NCBI GenBank assembly: GCA_023334545.1
Contig: JAADVB010000052.1
Location: 26,895-90,894 of the forward strand
Length of the DNA: 64,000 nucleotides
Source of the DNA: Salisapilia sapeloensis CBS 127946
Lineage: Eukaryota; Protista; Oomycota
Direction: 5' to 3'
Part shown: positions 40,971 to 53,000 of the stretch, one piece after another
Position numbering within the stretch: the stretch's first letter is position 1
Layout: each line of letters begins with the position of its first letter
Notes under the pieces: model-generated
Seen by the model: the letters and a program-made list of their open reading frames with translations, nothing else
Told to the model about the DNA's origin: nothing
Databases searched by the model: none
Program-made: the position numbers and the translations under genes

Positions 40971-42572
40971 TTAAAGAGAAGCGTTCAGCTGGACGATGTG
41001 CGGGTAGCACGGCAGGGTTAAAAAGTCCACCATCTCATCTCCCGTCAGCACTTGGCCCACGACGTCGCCTCCTAGTTCCCACTTGCCCTTGCCGCTCTTG
41101 CTACGGCTTTTCACGCACTGGTCCAAGATACGAAGGATGCGAGCCTTGGTGATCGGCTGACCATCCTCTGTCTTGAGCGAGTGGCGCATCCACTGCCACA
41201 CTTGCGCGCGTGCAATCTCGGCCGTCGCAGCATCCTCCATCTTGTTGTGGAGAGGAATGCAACCGTTTCCTCGAAGCCATGCCTCCATGTAGACTAGAGC
41301 GACATCGATATTCTCCTCCAGCCCCTTGGTCGTGATCTTCCCCTTGGGAATCTCAATCAACTGGGCTCCCGTCACATCCTTGCCAGCGTCCGGGATCTTG
41401 TCGATCTGGTTCGGGCGAGGCATGCCTTCGTTGAAAGCGTCCATGGCAATCTTGATCAGTCCAGGATGCGCCACCCACGTACCGTCGTGACCGGCTTCCA
41501 CTTCCCTCGTCTTGTCTTCCTTAACAGCGCTCATGAACTGCTCGTTCAGCTTCGGATCGTCCTTGACTGGAATCTGAGCTGCCATGCCGCCCATCGCATG
41601 AGCCCCTCGCGCATGGCACGTGCGAATGAGCAACTTGACGTACGCAGCCATGAACGGCGTCGTCATGGTCACCGAGGACCGGTCGGGCACGATGAACTCT
41701 GGCAAGTGGCGGAACTTTTTAATGTACGAGAAGATGTAGTCCCAACGTCCACAGTTGAGGCCAGCAGAATGCTCCTTAAGCTCATACAAGATCTCGTCCA
41801 TCTGGAAGACAGCGAGAATCGTCTCCACCAAGACCGTCGCACGAATGCTACCTCGTGGGATGCTCAAGTAGCTCTGAGCGGCCACAAAGACATCGTTCCA
41901 AAGCTTGGCTTCCAAGTGGTGCTCGAGCTTGGGCAGGTAAAAGTACGGTCCAGACCCTTGCTTCAACAGCTCTTGGGCGTTGTGGAAAAAGTAGAGGCCA
42001 AAGTCAAAGAGCGATCCGCTCATGACCTGGTTGTTCACCAATACGTGCGCCTCGTCGAGATGCCATCCTCTCGGACGCACTAGCAACGTCGCGACCTTGG
42101 AGTTCAGAGCGTACTTCTTGCCGTTCGACGCTTGCGTGAAGTCGATGGTCTTACGGACGGCATCCACCAAGTTGACCTGGCCGTCGACTTGGTTCTCCCA
42201 CGTCGGCGATGTCGAGTCCTCAAAATCGGCCATGTAGCACTTGGCACCACTGTTCAACGCGTTGATCACCATCTTGCGGTCGACGGGACCGGTAATCTCG
42301 ACGCGTCGGTCCGCCAGATCGGCAGGAATAGGTCCCACCTTCCACGAGCCTTCGCGAATGTACCTTGTTTCTGGCAAAAAGTCCGGCAGCTTGCCTTTGT
42401 TCAGCTCTTGCTGTCGGACTTGGCGCTTCGCCAGCAGATCTTGACGAGTTGCTTCGAATTGGGTGTGGAGGAAGCCGAGGAAGCGGAGTGCATCTGGCGT
42501 CAGGACGCGTTGGAACTCGGGCGTCACTCGGCCGAGGACACGGACATGAATTTCTGGAAAGTGAGCTTCCAT
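40971..42572 (-). CDS. MLS1: Malate synthase A (glyoxylate cycle)
   Basis: RRVEITGP, MADFEDS, VRPRGWHL, GPYFYLPKLE, LNCGRWDYIFS, AMGGMAAQIP, GHDGTWVAHP and MEDAATAEI. Confidence 0.97.
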   Translation of the reverse strand: MEAHFPEIHVRVLGRVTPEFQRVLTPDALRFLGFLHTQFEATRQDLLAKRQVRQQELNKGKLPDFLPETRYIREGSWKVGPIPADLADRRVEITGPVDRKMVINALNSGAKCYMADFEDSTSPTWENQVDGQVNLVDAVRKTIDFTQASNGKKYALNSKVATLLVRPRGWHLDEAHVLVNNQVMSGSLFDFGLYFFHNAQELLKQGSGPYFYLPKLEHHLEAKLWNDVFVAAQSYLSIPRGSIRATVLVETILAVFQMDEILYELKEHSAGLNCGRWDYIFSYIKKFRHLPEFIVPDRSSVTMTTPFMAAYVKLLIRTCHARGAHAMGGMAAQIPVKDDPKLNEQFMSAVKEDKTREVEAGHDGTWVAHPGLIKIAMDAFNEGMPRPNQIDKIPDAGKDVTGAQLIEIPKGKITTKGLEENIDVALVYMEAWLRGNGCIPLHNKMEDAATAEIARAQVWQWMRHSLKTEDGQPITKARILRILDQCVKSRSKSGKGKWELGGDVVGQVLTGDEMVDFLTLPCYPHIVQLNASL

Positions 42573-43945
42573 TTTAGAGGGTGCAGTTGTCTAGTAGATC
42601 GTCGTGTTAGCTGCTCCGAGCAAATTCAAATATAACGTTAGATCTCGACGTCGCTCGGGCGACGTGAATTCTGGTTCCACGACCTTTCATGATACGCGTA
42701 CTTGATTGAATTGTTGGATACAAAGAGCGAATCAAAGAGTTTAGAATTGAATTTGTATCTGCTCCTGCTGACGAGCTTCGCTCACTGCGAGCTTTACGCT
42801 GTTGCGATGGTACGGATTACAGTACACTAGAGTGAAGGTTGATGACTTGCGCTTCAATCGCTGTCAATCTCGGCTGTCGAGAGTGATTGTTTCGGACGGC
42901 ATGGACGCCCGTTGCATTCAGAAACCTCCATCAACTACTACCCTTTAACAAGATAGATGGTCTTGTTATAAGTCCTAATTGGTATAGGTAGGATCGACTT
43001 GGTGGAAAGATTACATTTTTAAAGGTTCCACTTGGTACATAAATTTCATGTAGAATTTAGAATCAGTATTTCCAACTCGGCAAACACGTGAAATACAATG
43101 TTTTGCATGAAAAGACTCTAAGGAGATTTGGTAGTAGAGAAAAAGAGTATAAAGTATCTCTGTTTGTGCAATGCGGCGTGAAGCAATGAAAAACTTCAGG
43201 GAAGAATGTGCGTTCAGTCTAGTAAACAAGGTATAGGAACCTCAACGTCGTGACGTGAGCCGTGCTCCCCTTCGAGATTGGGGTTTGGTCCATACCAGTA
43301 ACCCAGTGCATCCATGCACGTTCGACTGTCCGTGTAACATAACCAAGCACGGCGAGGTGCGTCGGCAACGTATTCGCTATCCCATCACCCGTACTTGGAC
43401 TATCCGAGAGATGATCGCTGTATTGCTAAAAGTCTGGCTGTATTCATTCAGCGTATGATCGGCGATTATCCCAAGTGCAATCGACACAATAGGAGAAAAC
43501 ACATGAAAATTGTGTTCATCAAAACGTGTCGAACCTCTAGGTTTCCACATTCTTTAACGTTTCGTCTTGGAATAGTATTTCTTGACTCAATTGTGTTGCA
43601 CCGAACATGTCAATGGACACAGCAATCTATATAGAGGGTGGAGCGTCAGTAACGAGCACCATGATAAATAAGAAGTGATACATGGAGTGGCAGCAATCAT
43701 CACTTGCTTTCATATTCGAAACCTAGAGACAGAGTCGCTTTAGTCTGTTATGATAGCATCACACCAGCATGTGGCAAAGCCAAATAGGCGATTACTAGTT
43801 TGTGCGATGTGCAGCCAAAGCAGATGTGATTATATTCGTTTCGGTGCATTAAATTGATTGACATGGAAGAGCATTTTCAATAGTAAACATCTTCATTTTG
43901 TTCATATGCCCTACAAGACTTGTCTTGGACTTGGAACCTTTTGCC

Positions 43946-44332
43946 TTACGCTTTCCCGGTGTGAATTTTGCAAATCTTACCTTGTTCATTGATGGAGAAG
44001 GTCGATTTAACCGAAATCGGTATCCACATGATCTTCACCACACCACGCACAACAACGTGCGCCTCATCGCCGTCCTCAATGCGAGGTTCCTCCCACTCAC
44101 CCTCGACCTTGGTCTTCTTGAGATACACCTCAAACTCCTTTTTCCCTTGAAAGCTCCCATCGCGCTGGCTATAGTAGTCGATATCGTCACTCACAAGCTC
44201 CAAAACCTCTCCATGCGCCTTCTTCTGCCGAGCAGCGACATACGCGACCACAGTCGCCACATCCTTCTCCTTCACTTGACTCACGGCGCCCATCTCGACA
44301 AATCCGACGATGTCAGCAAGTTCAAGTTGCAT
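43946..44332 (-). CDS. Small NTF2/SnoaL-like fold protein (hypothetical)
   Basis: Helix, LVSDDI, GSFQGKKEFEVYL, beta-rich VVVRGVV...VKSTFSINEQGKICKI pattern typical of SnoaL-like domains. Confidence 0.65.
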   Translation of the reverse strand: MQLELADIVGFVEMGAVSQVKEKDVATVVAYVAARQKKAHGEVLELVSDDIDYYSQRDGSFQGKKEFEVYLKKTKVEGEWEEPRIEDGDEAHVVVRGVVKIMWIPISVKSTFSINEQGKICKIHTGKA

Positions 44333-44487
44333 CTAGTTGAAGATATAATCAGGTACGATGGCACTTGAAAACCTCCGTTTCGTCCCTTGCATCCATCCTC
44401 TCTTGTCTGTAGTCGAACGATAAGAAAGCAACGGAAAAAGAGCCTAGCTAAGAAGTATTCACATTGGATTCGACGAATACGGAAGCT

Positions 44488-46701
44488 TTATAACTGCAGC
44501 TGATTAATGTCTTGATCATCCAAGTCCACGCGCCTCGATAAGGCTTCCTTCACCTCGGCTGCAGTCAACTGCCACGTCGTTCCGCGTCGTGTACCACCCG
44601 CCATCTCCAGCACATCCTGTACTTCATCCACACCCAGCACTGCACTCAACTGCTGTACTTTGACAAAGACTTGCTTGCAATCCGTCTTGCTATGGAAGAA
44701 GCCCACGATCGCTCGAACGTCCTTGTCGAACTGCAGTGCTCCAAGCTGATTGAACGGCACGTCTCTTGAAGTGAACCAGTGTAGAATCAATTCAGACGTG
44801 ACGGTTGCCACACCAGCAATGAGCTCTTGCCAATTCGTCTGAGACAGCGTTTCTTGAAATGGCAGTACTACGTTTCCTATCGTCTCAATAAACTGCTGGG
44901 CGAATGGATCATTCGCTTCGTTGTACGTGAACTCGGCATCTGTCAGTTCGTACTTGACCGGGCGTTTCGACTGCTGAGGTCGGAGCAACGGACCCAACGC
45001 ATTCGAAAGCTTCGGTTCTAGCAGTCGACACAGTTTCTTCCTGCTCGCTTCCAACAACTGTTTTAGCTCCGACGATGCCTCTTGTAGTTCATTCAAACAA
45101 GTCAAGACATGTGCTGGTGTGTCTGGGAAAGAGGCAGGTAGCTCTTCTTCCAATTGTGCTTTCAGCTGCGCAATGTAGTCCAGTGTGGTGGACAAACTGT
45201 TCATGACTACGTCTGGACCCAACTCTCTCTTCACAGTCACACTGGCTGCTTTCCCCATCCGAGCGATTTGATGCAAACTATTCTCACTTTCTAGCTTTAC
45301 GTGCGACGCCATCTCTCGAATACGCCGTCGCATCCGGTCACCCAACGCGTCTCGTAGCAGCGTCGTGATCATGTTCAAAACACCTGCAGCGCAGTCCACG
45401 TGACCTGTCGCCAAGGCCCGAAGACCAGAGTTACGGCTGACGTAGAAGAGTTCGTCAATTGCAGACGAGAGGGGGTATGTCTTGATCTCATCATTGTGAG
45501 ACGACGCAGAGTATCGGATCTCTTCCCACTGGAAAGCCTTGTCGGCTGCCTTCTCCAGCAACTGATTCTCCGAAAAGCAGTAGTACCCTGCGAGCTCCTG
45601 CACCGTCTTCCCCATCTCACTCGTATTGACTGACGGCAGAACGTCTGTATACTCTCCTTCTTCAGCATGGAACTGAACACGCGATCGGAGGTACCGTTCA
45701 TACGTCTGCGTGTGCTGGATTACAAGTGCGATTTCATTCAGCTGGTCATCTAGCTTGGCGATTTCGTCGTCCGCCTCCTCTGTCGTCTGCGGCTGGCTGT
45801 CAGAAGATTGTCTAGATCCTTCCGTCTTGTGTGCCAACGCTCTCGTCTGTATGTAAGCATTCAAGATGGAGACAGCACGCACTTCTCCGAGCTCGTACAG
45901 CTTGGATACGAGACGGTTAAGACCTCGAACTCGGCGATAGCTTTTCGCCAGCATATCCTCATGCTCCTGGACGACTGCTGCCACTTGGTTAAATACAAAC
46001 GAAAGGTTGTCTATCAACTCCCGTGCGCTCAGCACCTTTCCTTCGTTGTTCACTTCCTCCAGCTTTTCACTTAGTCCAGTGATAATGTGGTTCTCTAGCA
46101 TCTTGTATCCACGCTCTTCGAAAGCAGAGCCCACTGCTTGACAGAGCGGTGCGAATGTCCGGATACGCACTTGGTCGTCCGTCTCCAGGCCGAGCGCTAG
46201 CTCCTTCTCCACTGCTGCTTTCAAGTCGCTTTCGATCGTCTCGACGCGAAGCTTATCCGCAACATCCAGTGGCATCACTTCCTCAATCGCACGCAACTTG
46301 CGCAAAAATTGAGCTGCTTGGGCGTACTCCTGATGCTGCATGGATCGACGTAGGCCAGCTAAGCTGTTTCTTAAGTCCAATTGCTGATCAGCGTGGGTGA
46401 GCGTCTGGCGCAGCCGAGACTGTACCACATCTAGTCGACGCACTTCACGCGTCATCTTTTCAGCTACATCATTTGCATTCGAAACACGCTCTTCCACAGC
46501 TCCCGTACGAGCACACAAGACCGTGACTTCGGGCGTCAGTTCCAATAGTGAACTGATGCTGTGGAGTGCATCAGTTTTTTCAACGGCAGATGGGTCTTCA
46601 ACAAAGCTAAAGACGTCCCGAGCTTGCTCCCTCTTCTTCTCTCGAACAGCGTCGAGCTGTGCTTGCAGCGTTTCGTGGTGCTTACGACGCACCGACGGCA
46701 T
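44488..46701 (-). CDS. COG4: Conserved oligomeric Golgi complex subunit 4
   Basis: VRRLDVVQSRL, YCFSENQLL..A.KAF, SAIDELFYV, YELTDAEF..NEANDPFAQQF and FNQLGALQFDKDVR. Intronless, 737 aa. Confidence 0.93.
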   Translation of the reverse strand: MPSVRRKHHETLQAQLDAVREKKREQARDVFSFVEDPSAVEKTDALHSISSLLELTPEVTVLCARTGAVEERVSNANDVAEKMTREVRRLDVVQSRLRQTLTHADQQLDLRNSLAGLRRSMQHQEYAQAAQFLRKLRAIEEVMPLDVADKLRVETIESDLKAAVEKELALGLETDDQVRIRTFAPLCQAVGSAFEERGYKMLENHIITGLSEKLEEVNNEGKVLSARELIDNLSFVFNQVAAVVQEHEDMLAKSYRRVRGLNRLVSKLYELGEVRAVSILNAYIQTRALAHKTEGSRQSSDSQPQTTEEADDEIAKLDDQLNEIALVIQHTQTYERYLRSRVQFHAEEGEYTDVLPSVNTSEMGKTVQELAGYYCFSENQLLEKAADKAFQWEEIRYSASSHNDEIKTYPLSSAIDELFYVSRNSGLRALATGHVDCAAGVLNMITTLLRDALGDRMRRRIREMASHVKLESENSLHQIARMGKAASVTVKRELGPDVVMNSLSTTLDYIAQLKAQLEEELPASFPDTPAHVLTCLNELQEASSELKQLLEASRKKLCRLLEPKLSNALGPLLRPQQSKRPVKYELTDAEFTYNEANDPFAQQFIETIGNVVLPFQETLSQTNWQELIAGVATVTSELILHWFTSRDVPFNQLGALQFDKDVRAIVGFFHSKTDCKQVFVKVQQLSAVLGVDEVQDVLEMAGGTRRGTTWQLTAAEVKEALSRRVDLDDQDINQLQL

Positions 46702-46815
46702 CTTCTGATCTTGATTCGGGTCCTAATAGAGATACTTGGTACAGACATGGTACCCTTCAATAGATAAACGATCGGTATCACATTCGGAGTGAGCTGGACG
46801 AAGGCGAGAGCTTTA

Positions 46816-49800
46816 ATGGCGAGTAGAGACTTTTTAGGGAGCTTGCAAAAGTCGCTGGTGCATTTGCGAGAGGAATGGGACCGGACGACAGGAAGTTTGC
46901 AAGATCAAACAGAGCTAATGGACCAAGAAAGTGGTGCATTGGCACAGCCGAAGAGCATGCTCGAAACGCTGCAAAAGTTCCTACTCGATGAGCAGGTTCT
47001 GGCAAGCCAAGACCAGTCTCTTTATGAAGCCATCTTTGCAATCCTACGGCGTTTATTACAGCAGGATCTATCCAGCACTTCCACCTCCATATACACACCA
47101 GGACAGCTACTCACCATTGCCAAGAGCTGTTTGATCTACATTCCACAACCGCCCATTGACTCACCAACCACGCAAAATAATTCTCACTATGCAGATCTAC
47201 TCAATGCACAGTCGGAAGAGCTCCGATCAGACATTATTACATGCGTCTATCAGGTCTTTGCGTACGCCGAGCAGCATAGTCTAACTCTACATGACGCCCA
47301 GGCAGAGAAAGAAGACATTGACTTTATCGCGTATACTGTCATGAGCCTTATGCAGATTGCACAGCTAGACAGATGTAGACCGACGAGCAGCATGGCTTCG
47401 ACGGCCGTTTTGCCGGCGCTAAAGTTCATTGGCGACGTCGATGAGGCGAAGAAGATGTTACCAGGTATCTCTACAGGGTTGTATAGAGCAGTGAATGCAC
47501 CTCGAAAGACTTCATCAGAGATCGTTACAGCAGTAGAGGCCTTTGCTGCAGTGTTGGAGTACTGCATTAGCGACACAGTCATTGGAGCGAGTACACAGCA
47601 GCCAACCTTCACCTTTGATTCTCTCCAATTGATAGCACAACAGTCAATGCAGTTAGACACACCGGAAGCTGAGAAAGATGAAGACCAAGTGTGGATAGAG
47701 CAAGCGTCTGCAAAATTAGAACCTGGGATTGTAAGCATCTTGAATCTCCCTGCCAAACACAGTTCATGGAAGATCCGGTATGCCTTTGTCACGCTTTGCT
47801 CTACCTTGTTGCTTCAGTGCAGAGTAGCGCTTGGCAACGTTTCTGTTCGTTGTTTTGAAGAGTTACTTGTCTTTCGTGTAGATGACATTGACCGCGTGTC
47901 CAGCTATGCAAACGACGTGCTGGATAAATTTATGGCAGGACTCTCAAACGATGCGTGGCTGCATATGATCTCCCAGCTAGTAGACAGAGTCCATTTTCAC
48001 TTGTCAACGCTGCAAATGAAATGCTCGACAGAATTGGAAGTCACGAATCGCCACACGGTGCAGATCCTCACTGGCTACTGCAGAGTGCTAGGCAAGAGTC
48101 TTCAGCCGTACATTGATGCCAAAGTAGAGCTCATCTATAAGTCTCTGTGCGAGGTAGTGCTGTTTGACACGATCGACACGGACCTCGTAGTGTACGACAG
48201 GAAGAAGGACAGTAAAGGGCAGTACGTCTCCTCTGCCCAATACAAAAAGCGGCTCAAGTACTTTCGAGAAGAAGCTTCTTCAATTGCTTTGTACACTCTG
48301 TTGCAGTCGATAGCAACATGCTGTACCCCGGCGCTTTTCATCGACTGTGCTTTCACCTTGCTACAGACGGAAGCAATGAACGGACGGCGTGTCGAGGCAC
48401 TACTAGTTCTAAATGAGTTCCTGAAGGCACATACAGACAGAGAAGAGAAAGAGTTAGACGTCCACTTGGTCGGACGTATCCTCGACGATCTTTTACAAGA
48501 TGATACGTGGCAGCCTAGTCATATATCGTCAGATGCAACGCTTATACATCAGCAGGCTCTGCAAGTGGAATGCATCGGTGTCTGTGCAGATCTCCTTGGG
48601 AAAGACTTCGATCAGTTTTTACTTCATGTTCTCTTTCCTCTAGTCGAGAAGCTTGGATCTGGGAATGAACAGGTCGAAGGGTACGTACTCTCGGTTCTGG
48701 AGACATTATGCCGCGTTTGCAACTATCCAGACGTCAGTGCACTCTTTGAGAGCAACATGGACTACTTTGTGGACGCTCTGGTGTCTCGAATGGCACATTT
48801 GGACCTGTATCCAACGTCTCCAAAGGTAGTGGAAGGTCTCTTACGCCACTCGACCGTAGCCTCACTACCTTTAATGGACGAGCTGTCATCTTCTTTGCTC
48901 AGCAGCATTGATCTGCACCAGTACTCGGAGGGCCATGTGACGCATCTCTTACGTGCACTTCATCTGCTGCTAAAAAGCATAGCTACTTATGAGCACAAGG
49001 AGGAAGAGGTTGATAAGACAACAACAAGTACAGAAGAATATCCGATGCTAGTCAGTTTTCTGGATGAACTACGTGCTCTTACATATGAAAGCGACTTGGA
49101 TGATGGTCTAGCGGTGATCGAAAAGAGTGAAAAAGAGGACGACGCAGAGAAGAGTGAATTGGAGAAAGCAAAGGCTGCGATGCCTGTGGAGCATGGAGAG
49201 GATGCGTTAAAGGAAGAAGACGATGACAAGCCATCCGCACAGCAGCAGTTAGTTCTCGACATTCTCAGTCGATGCACACACTTTGTCTCGGATAATGATC
49301 CGGTGACCTGCTGCCTGGTCTTGTCCATTATCACACAAGGAGTACACTATCTAAAGGATGCTCAGAAGCACTTGATGCCACTATTAAGTCAAATGTGGCC
49401 TGCTCTCATGCATCGTCTCCAAGTAGACAGTCGAGCCATCCAAACAGCAACGTTGACTCTGCTCTCGACTTGCGGAACTGCTTGTCCTGATACCGTCGCA
49501 GACAAGTTTGTCAAGGAGACGTGGCCACACGTCCAAAAGATGTTACGTCAAGTCTATCAGAGCGACCAGAGTCCAAAGTTGACCAGATCCATGTTGCTCT
49601 TATCATCCGAAGCAGACAGTGATAGTGAAAGAAGAGGTCGCAAGTCTCAAGACATGAGACTCGTATTGGCTGCGTTGGACTGCTTGACCAGTGTCTGTTC
49701 TTATGCCGGAGATGTTGCGTCTATAGTTCCAAAAATCACTAAAACCTGCCTTCAGTTCTTAAGCTCTCAATTTTCCATAGAAGTTCGGGAGAAAGCACAA

Positions 49801-50049
49801 GCATTGTTCATCGCAATGGGCGAGCTGAACAAGGACTATGTATTCTGTACAGCAGCTGCCTTGGCGGATTGGGCGCCTCCTTCCCCTCCAACTACAAGCT
49901 TTATGGCTCTGAATGCAAGTGGTGTGCAGAGTTGGTATAGCTGTGTACAGAAAGAGGATCGACAAGTGTACAAGGCAAGTGGGGAGGTCATACTACAAAG
50001 TGTGCATCCATGGAGCGAGTACAGAGGGCAAGTCAATGTGATTCAATAA
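46816..50049 (+). CDS. TTI1: TELO2-interacting protein 1 (TTT complex, HEAT repeats)
   Basis: MLPGISTGL, HSSWKIR, FLLHVLFPLVEKLG, LFESNMDYFVD, LMPLLSQMWPAL and KFVKETWP. The ORF is about 1080 aa. Confidence 0.85.
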   Translation: MASRDFLGSLQKSLVHLREEWDRTTGSLQDQTELMDQESGALAQPKSMLETLQKFLLDEQVLASQDQSLYEAIFAILRRLLQQDLSSTSTSIYTPGQLLTIAKSCLIYIPQPPIDSPTTQNNSHYADLLNAQSEELRSDIITCVYQVFAYAEQHSLTLHDAQAEKEDIDFIAYTVMSLMQIAQLDRCRPTSSMASTAVLPALKFIGDVDEAKKMLPGISTGLYRAVNAPRKTSSEIVTAVEAFAAVLEYCISDTVIGASTQQPTFTFDSLQLIAQQSMQLDTPEAEKDEDQVWIEQASAKLEPGIVSILNLPAKHSSWKIRYAFVTLCSTLLLQCRVALGNVSVRCFEELLVFRVDDIDRVSSYANDVLDKFMAGLSNDAWLHMISQLVDRVHFHLSTLQMKCSTELEVTNRHTVQILTGYCRVLGKSLQPYIDAKVELIYKSLCEVVLFDTIDTDLVVYDRKKDSKGQYVSSAQYKKRLKYFREEASSIALYTLLQSIATCCTPALFIDCAFTLLQTEAMNGRRVEALLVLNEFLKAHTDREEKELDVHLVGRILDDLLQDDTWQPSHISSDATLIHQQALQVECIGVCADLLGKDFDQFLLHVLFPLVEKLGSGNEQVEGYVLSVLETLCRVCNYPDVSALFESNMDYFVDALVSRMAHLDLYPTSPKVVEGLLRHSTVASLPLMDELSSSLLSSIDLHQYSEGHVTHLLRALHLLLKSIATYEHKEEEVDKTTTSTEEYPMLVSFLDELRALTYESDLDDGLAVIEKSEKEDDAEKSELEKAKAAMPVEHGEDALKEEDDDKPSAQQQLVLDILSRCTHFVSDNDPVTCCLVLSIITQGVHYLKDAQKHLMPLLSQMWPALMHRLQVDSRAIQTATLTLLSTCGTACPDTVADKFVKETWPHVQKMLRQVYQSDQSPKLTRSMLLLSSEADSDSERRGRKSQDMRLVLAALDCLTSVCSYAGDVASIVPKITKTCLQFLSSQFSIEVREKAQALFIAMGELNKDYVFCTAAALADWAPPSPPTTSFMALNASGVQSWYSCVQKEDRQVYKASGEVILQSVHPWSEYRGQVNVIQ

Positions 50050-50067
50050 TAGCTCCATTTACCTAGG

Positions 50068-53000
50068 CTAGGCAGGACTGGCACTCGCCTTGTCGTCGAG
50101 AATGCTTTCGACTTGCTTTACGAGCGCTTTCAGCTTAACCGTATCTAGCTTTTGTCCAATACCATTCCGGATGAGGTGCACTAGGTCGTACCTAGAGTAC
50201 GCATCCTACGCAAGATGTCTAGTCAGTTCTTATTGGGAATGAAAATACAACTTGTCTACCTTGTGCTGTCGAATCCACTCCACCAGCTCATCTTCACTGC
50301 AATAAAACGCCTTTACGTATGCATTGACATGGTCTATACCTTTCGATACATTCTTCCTAGAGACGTGGTGAATGGCTTCCAATCCGTTCTGCAGCGCATA
50401 CAAGTCGACTGTCATCCGAGCTCGACCATGCAACGAGCATTCCGTCACAGTCGCAAACCCTTCCAGCAGTGACTCCATGACTACCTGCACCAGCGTCGTC
50501 CACCAGCGCTGACAGACATCTCCTGGCAGTCCACTAGCGTCCAGTCTTCCCCACACGTGTCCACACCTTTCGACAATGCCAAGCATAAAGTCATGCGGCT
50601 GGTCGTCCAGTTCCTTTTCGTCCCACCTCATAGCTCGAATAGATCCGACGATCCAGTCCTTGTCTATCACCTGAAGACAAGTCGCACGGATCATCCATTC
50701 CCGTAGCTCGTATGCTGTCCTCCGATGTCTTTCTACCACCTCATCCAGCAACACATGATGTCTTTTCGATAGAAACTTGCGTAGCAAAGGCTCGATGGCA
50801 TGCAGCACTTGTATTTGTGAAACGACAGATTCGCATGCAACGGCACATTCTACCAAAGACGAGAGTCCATCTGCATTCTCCGTACCATAGAGCTCCAGGT
50901 CTCGGATGACCCGATGGAGCTCAATCTTCTTCGTTCGGTAGATCTTTCCTTCCTCTGCGTTTGGACGGTATAACGTCGCCGAGCACTGTACCATCACTTC
51001 TCCACGCATCTCCTTGCTGATGCGATGCATGCTATTTCTTAGCGTAGTGAAAGGGTATCGAATATCATCGTGTATAAAGGAGGAAGGTGCAACGAAAAGC
51101 TGCTGCATCTGGACAGGTGAGGCAAACGTCGTGAACACTGCATATGCATAAAGCTCAATGTGTTTTCCTAGAGAGAGGAAGGCGTCCCAATTGATGGACG
51201 GAAGGTGTTGCATGATCTTTAAATAAATCCCACAGTAGCGAAGCAAGCCAGATAGCAGGGACGATGTCAGTATCACTTCATCCGGATTCTCCTCAGACTC
51301 TACATTTATGACTGTAGTAGATGGATTTAGCCATTTCTCCATTTGCTCCTTATCGAATGGGTTTCCATCCGTCTCAAACGATGGAAAGACTGCCGTAGAT
51401 GCCAACGGGTGCTTGCTCCTTGTCGTCACTTGTGTCATATCATGACCACTACGAGCTTGAATGAGACCTAGTAATGCAGCTCTAGAACTATCTGTGTACT
51501 CGACCGTGGTCGCATGTACTCGACTCCAGTTGTCTGCATCGATCAGCATCCGACACGACTCCATGTTATCATCATGCAAAGCATGGAGGTACTGCTCTGT
51601 TTTCACACGTAGCACAGATCTCAGCTTTGCTACTGGTGCCCCAATGAACTCTTGACCGACGTCTGCAAACGCATGGGTGGACTTGCTAAGACTGATGACG
51701 TGGTCCATCTGGAAACCAAACGTCAGGTCCAGTCTCTCCAGCATCTCCAACACGCTCTGCTGCATATTCTCCCACACGATCTTCCTGTATCGTAATAGCG
51801 TCACGCCAGTGTCACACAAAACATCATGAAAGTCCTCTCCTGCCATTTCATCCGACTTTCGCCCGGAGCGAGGTGATCTTGATTCATCCACCTCATCCTC
51901 CGTCTCTTCCTCATCATCGTCATCGTCAATACCACACCGATGCAGATACTTTACATCGTCGTTCTGAGGGTTCATCGGGTCTCGATGCCATTGAACTAAA
52001 AGGTAATACGTATGCAAGAGCTCTGTCAACTGTCTGAATGCGTCCTGTATCTGCTGCACTATCTGATTAGCGCTCTGTTTTTGTCGTTTAGAGTTTAAAG
52101 ATGACGATGCGACAGCCACATTGTTCGTCGCTGAGGATACCGCTGGAAGACTCTTTTCGACCAGATAGCGTGCCCTACTGTCTACATATCGAACAAAGAC
52201 TTGTGGAATCGTAGAGAAAACGTCATGTAGACGATATGAAGCAAAGTCCAGGCTCTCTGTCTCGGAACGTTTGGCAAGAGTCATGTACGCCTGGAGCAGC
52301 TCTTTATACCGGACAGAGTCAAAGGCTTGGGCGATTTCTTCCAAGGACAGGTCAAAGTGACGACGAAGCTCTGGGATAAAGTCTTCCACACGAGTGCGCA
52401 AGTGGCGTAGGATATCTAGATCCTTCACGTCATCCTCTGTGAGTTCGTGTCGAAGAGAGAGACAAATGTCCACAGCTGTAATCAAGTCTCGAGAGTCGAG
52501 TGCAGCTGTCATTCGTTGTTCTTCCTCGAATAAATATCGGATCCGTTCTCCCAAGCAGACAATCTGTTTCCCATTTTGAGTGAGATAGTATTATGGATAG
52601 GTAGAACAAAGAGTAGCTACGGCATGGACTCGCTCTCGGTTGCATCTCTTCTTTACAATATCCAACGAACTAGTACATGAAGTTAGTGCCTCTTGTACGT
52701 ATAGATGAGATCCATACAACGGACCTCAGGACCATGTCGTCTTTTGTCGATGACAGTAGTCGCCTTCCATTCTTCACATGGATGTGGGCTCGAGCAATGT
52801 CCAAGTCCACCTCCTGCACGTGTTTCATACCCTGGATGAAAGCGTCTTGATTCTCATGAACGTCTTCCGACAATTGTGTCACAATTTCATCCTTTGCCAG
52901 ATCCACTGCGCTGATCTCACTCTCGAGAAATTCATCCAATTCGCTCCGGTCGTCTGGAATTTGTTCCTATTCGCGTATACCAATATTAATATGAAAGTTT

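Noticed and set aside
40971-40985. Malate synthase ends in -ASL rather than -SKL
   Set aside because: It may be a weak PTS1 variant. The sequence alone cannot show a change in localisation.
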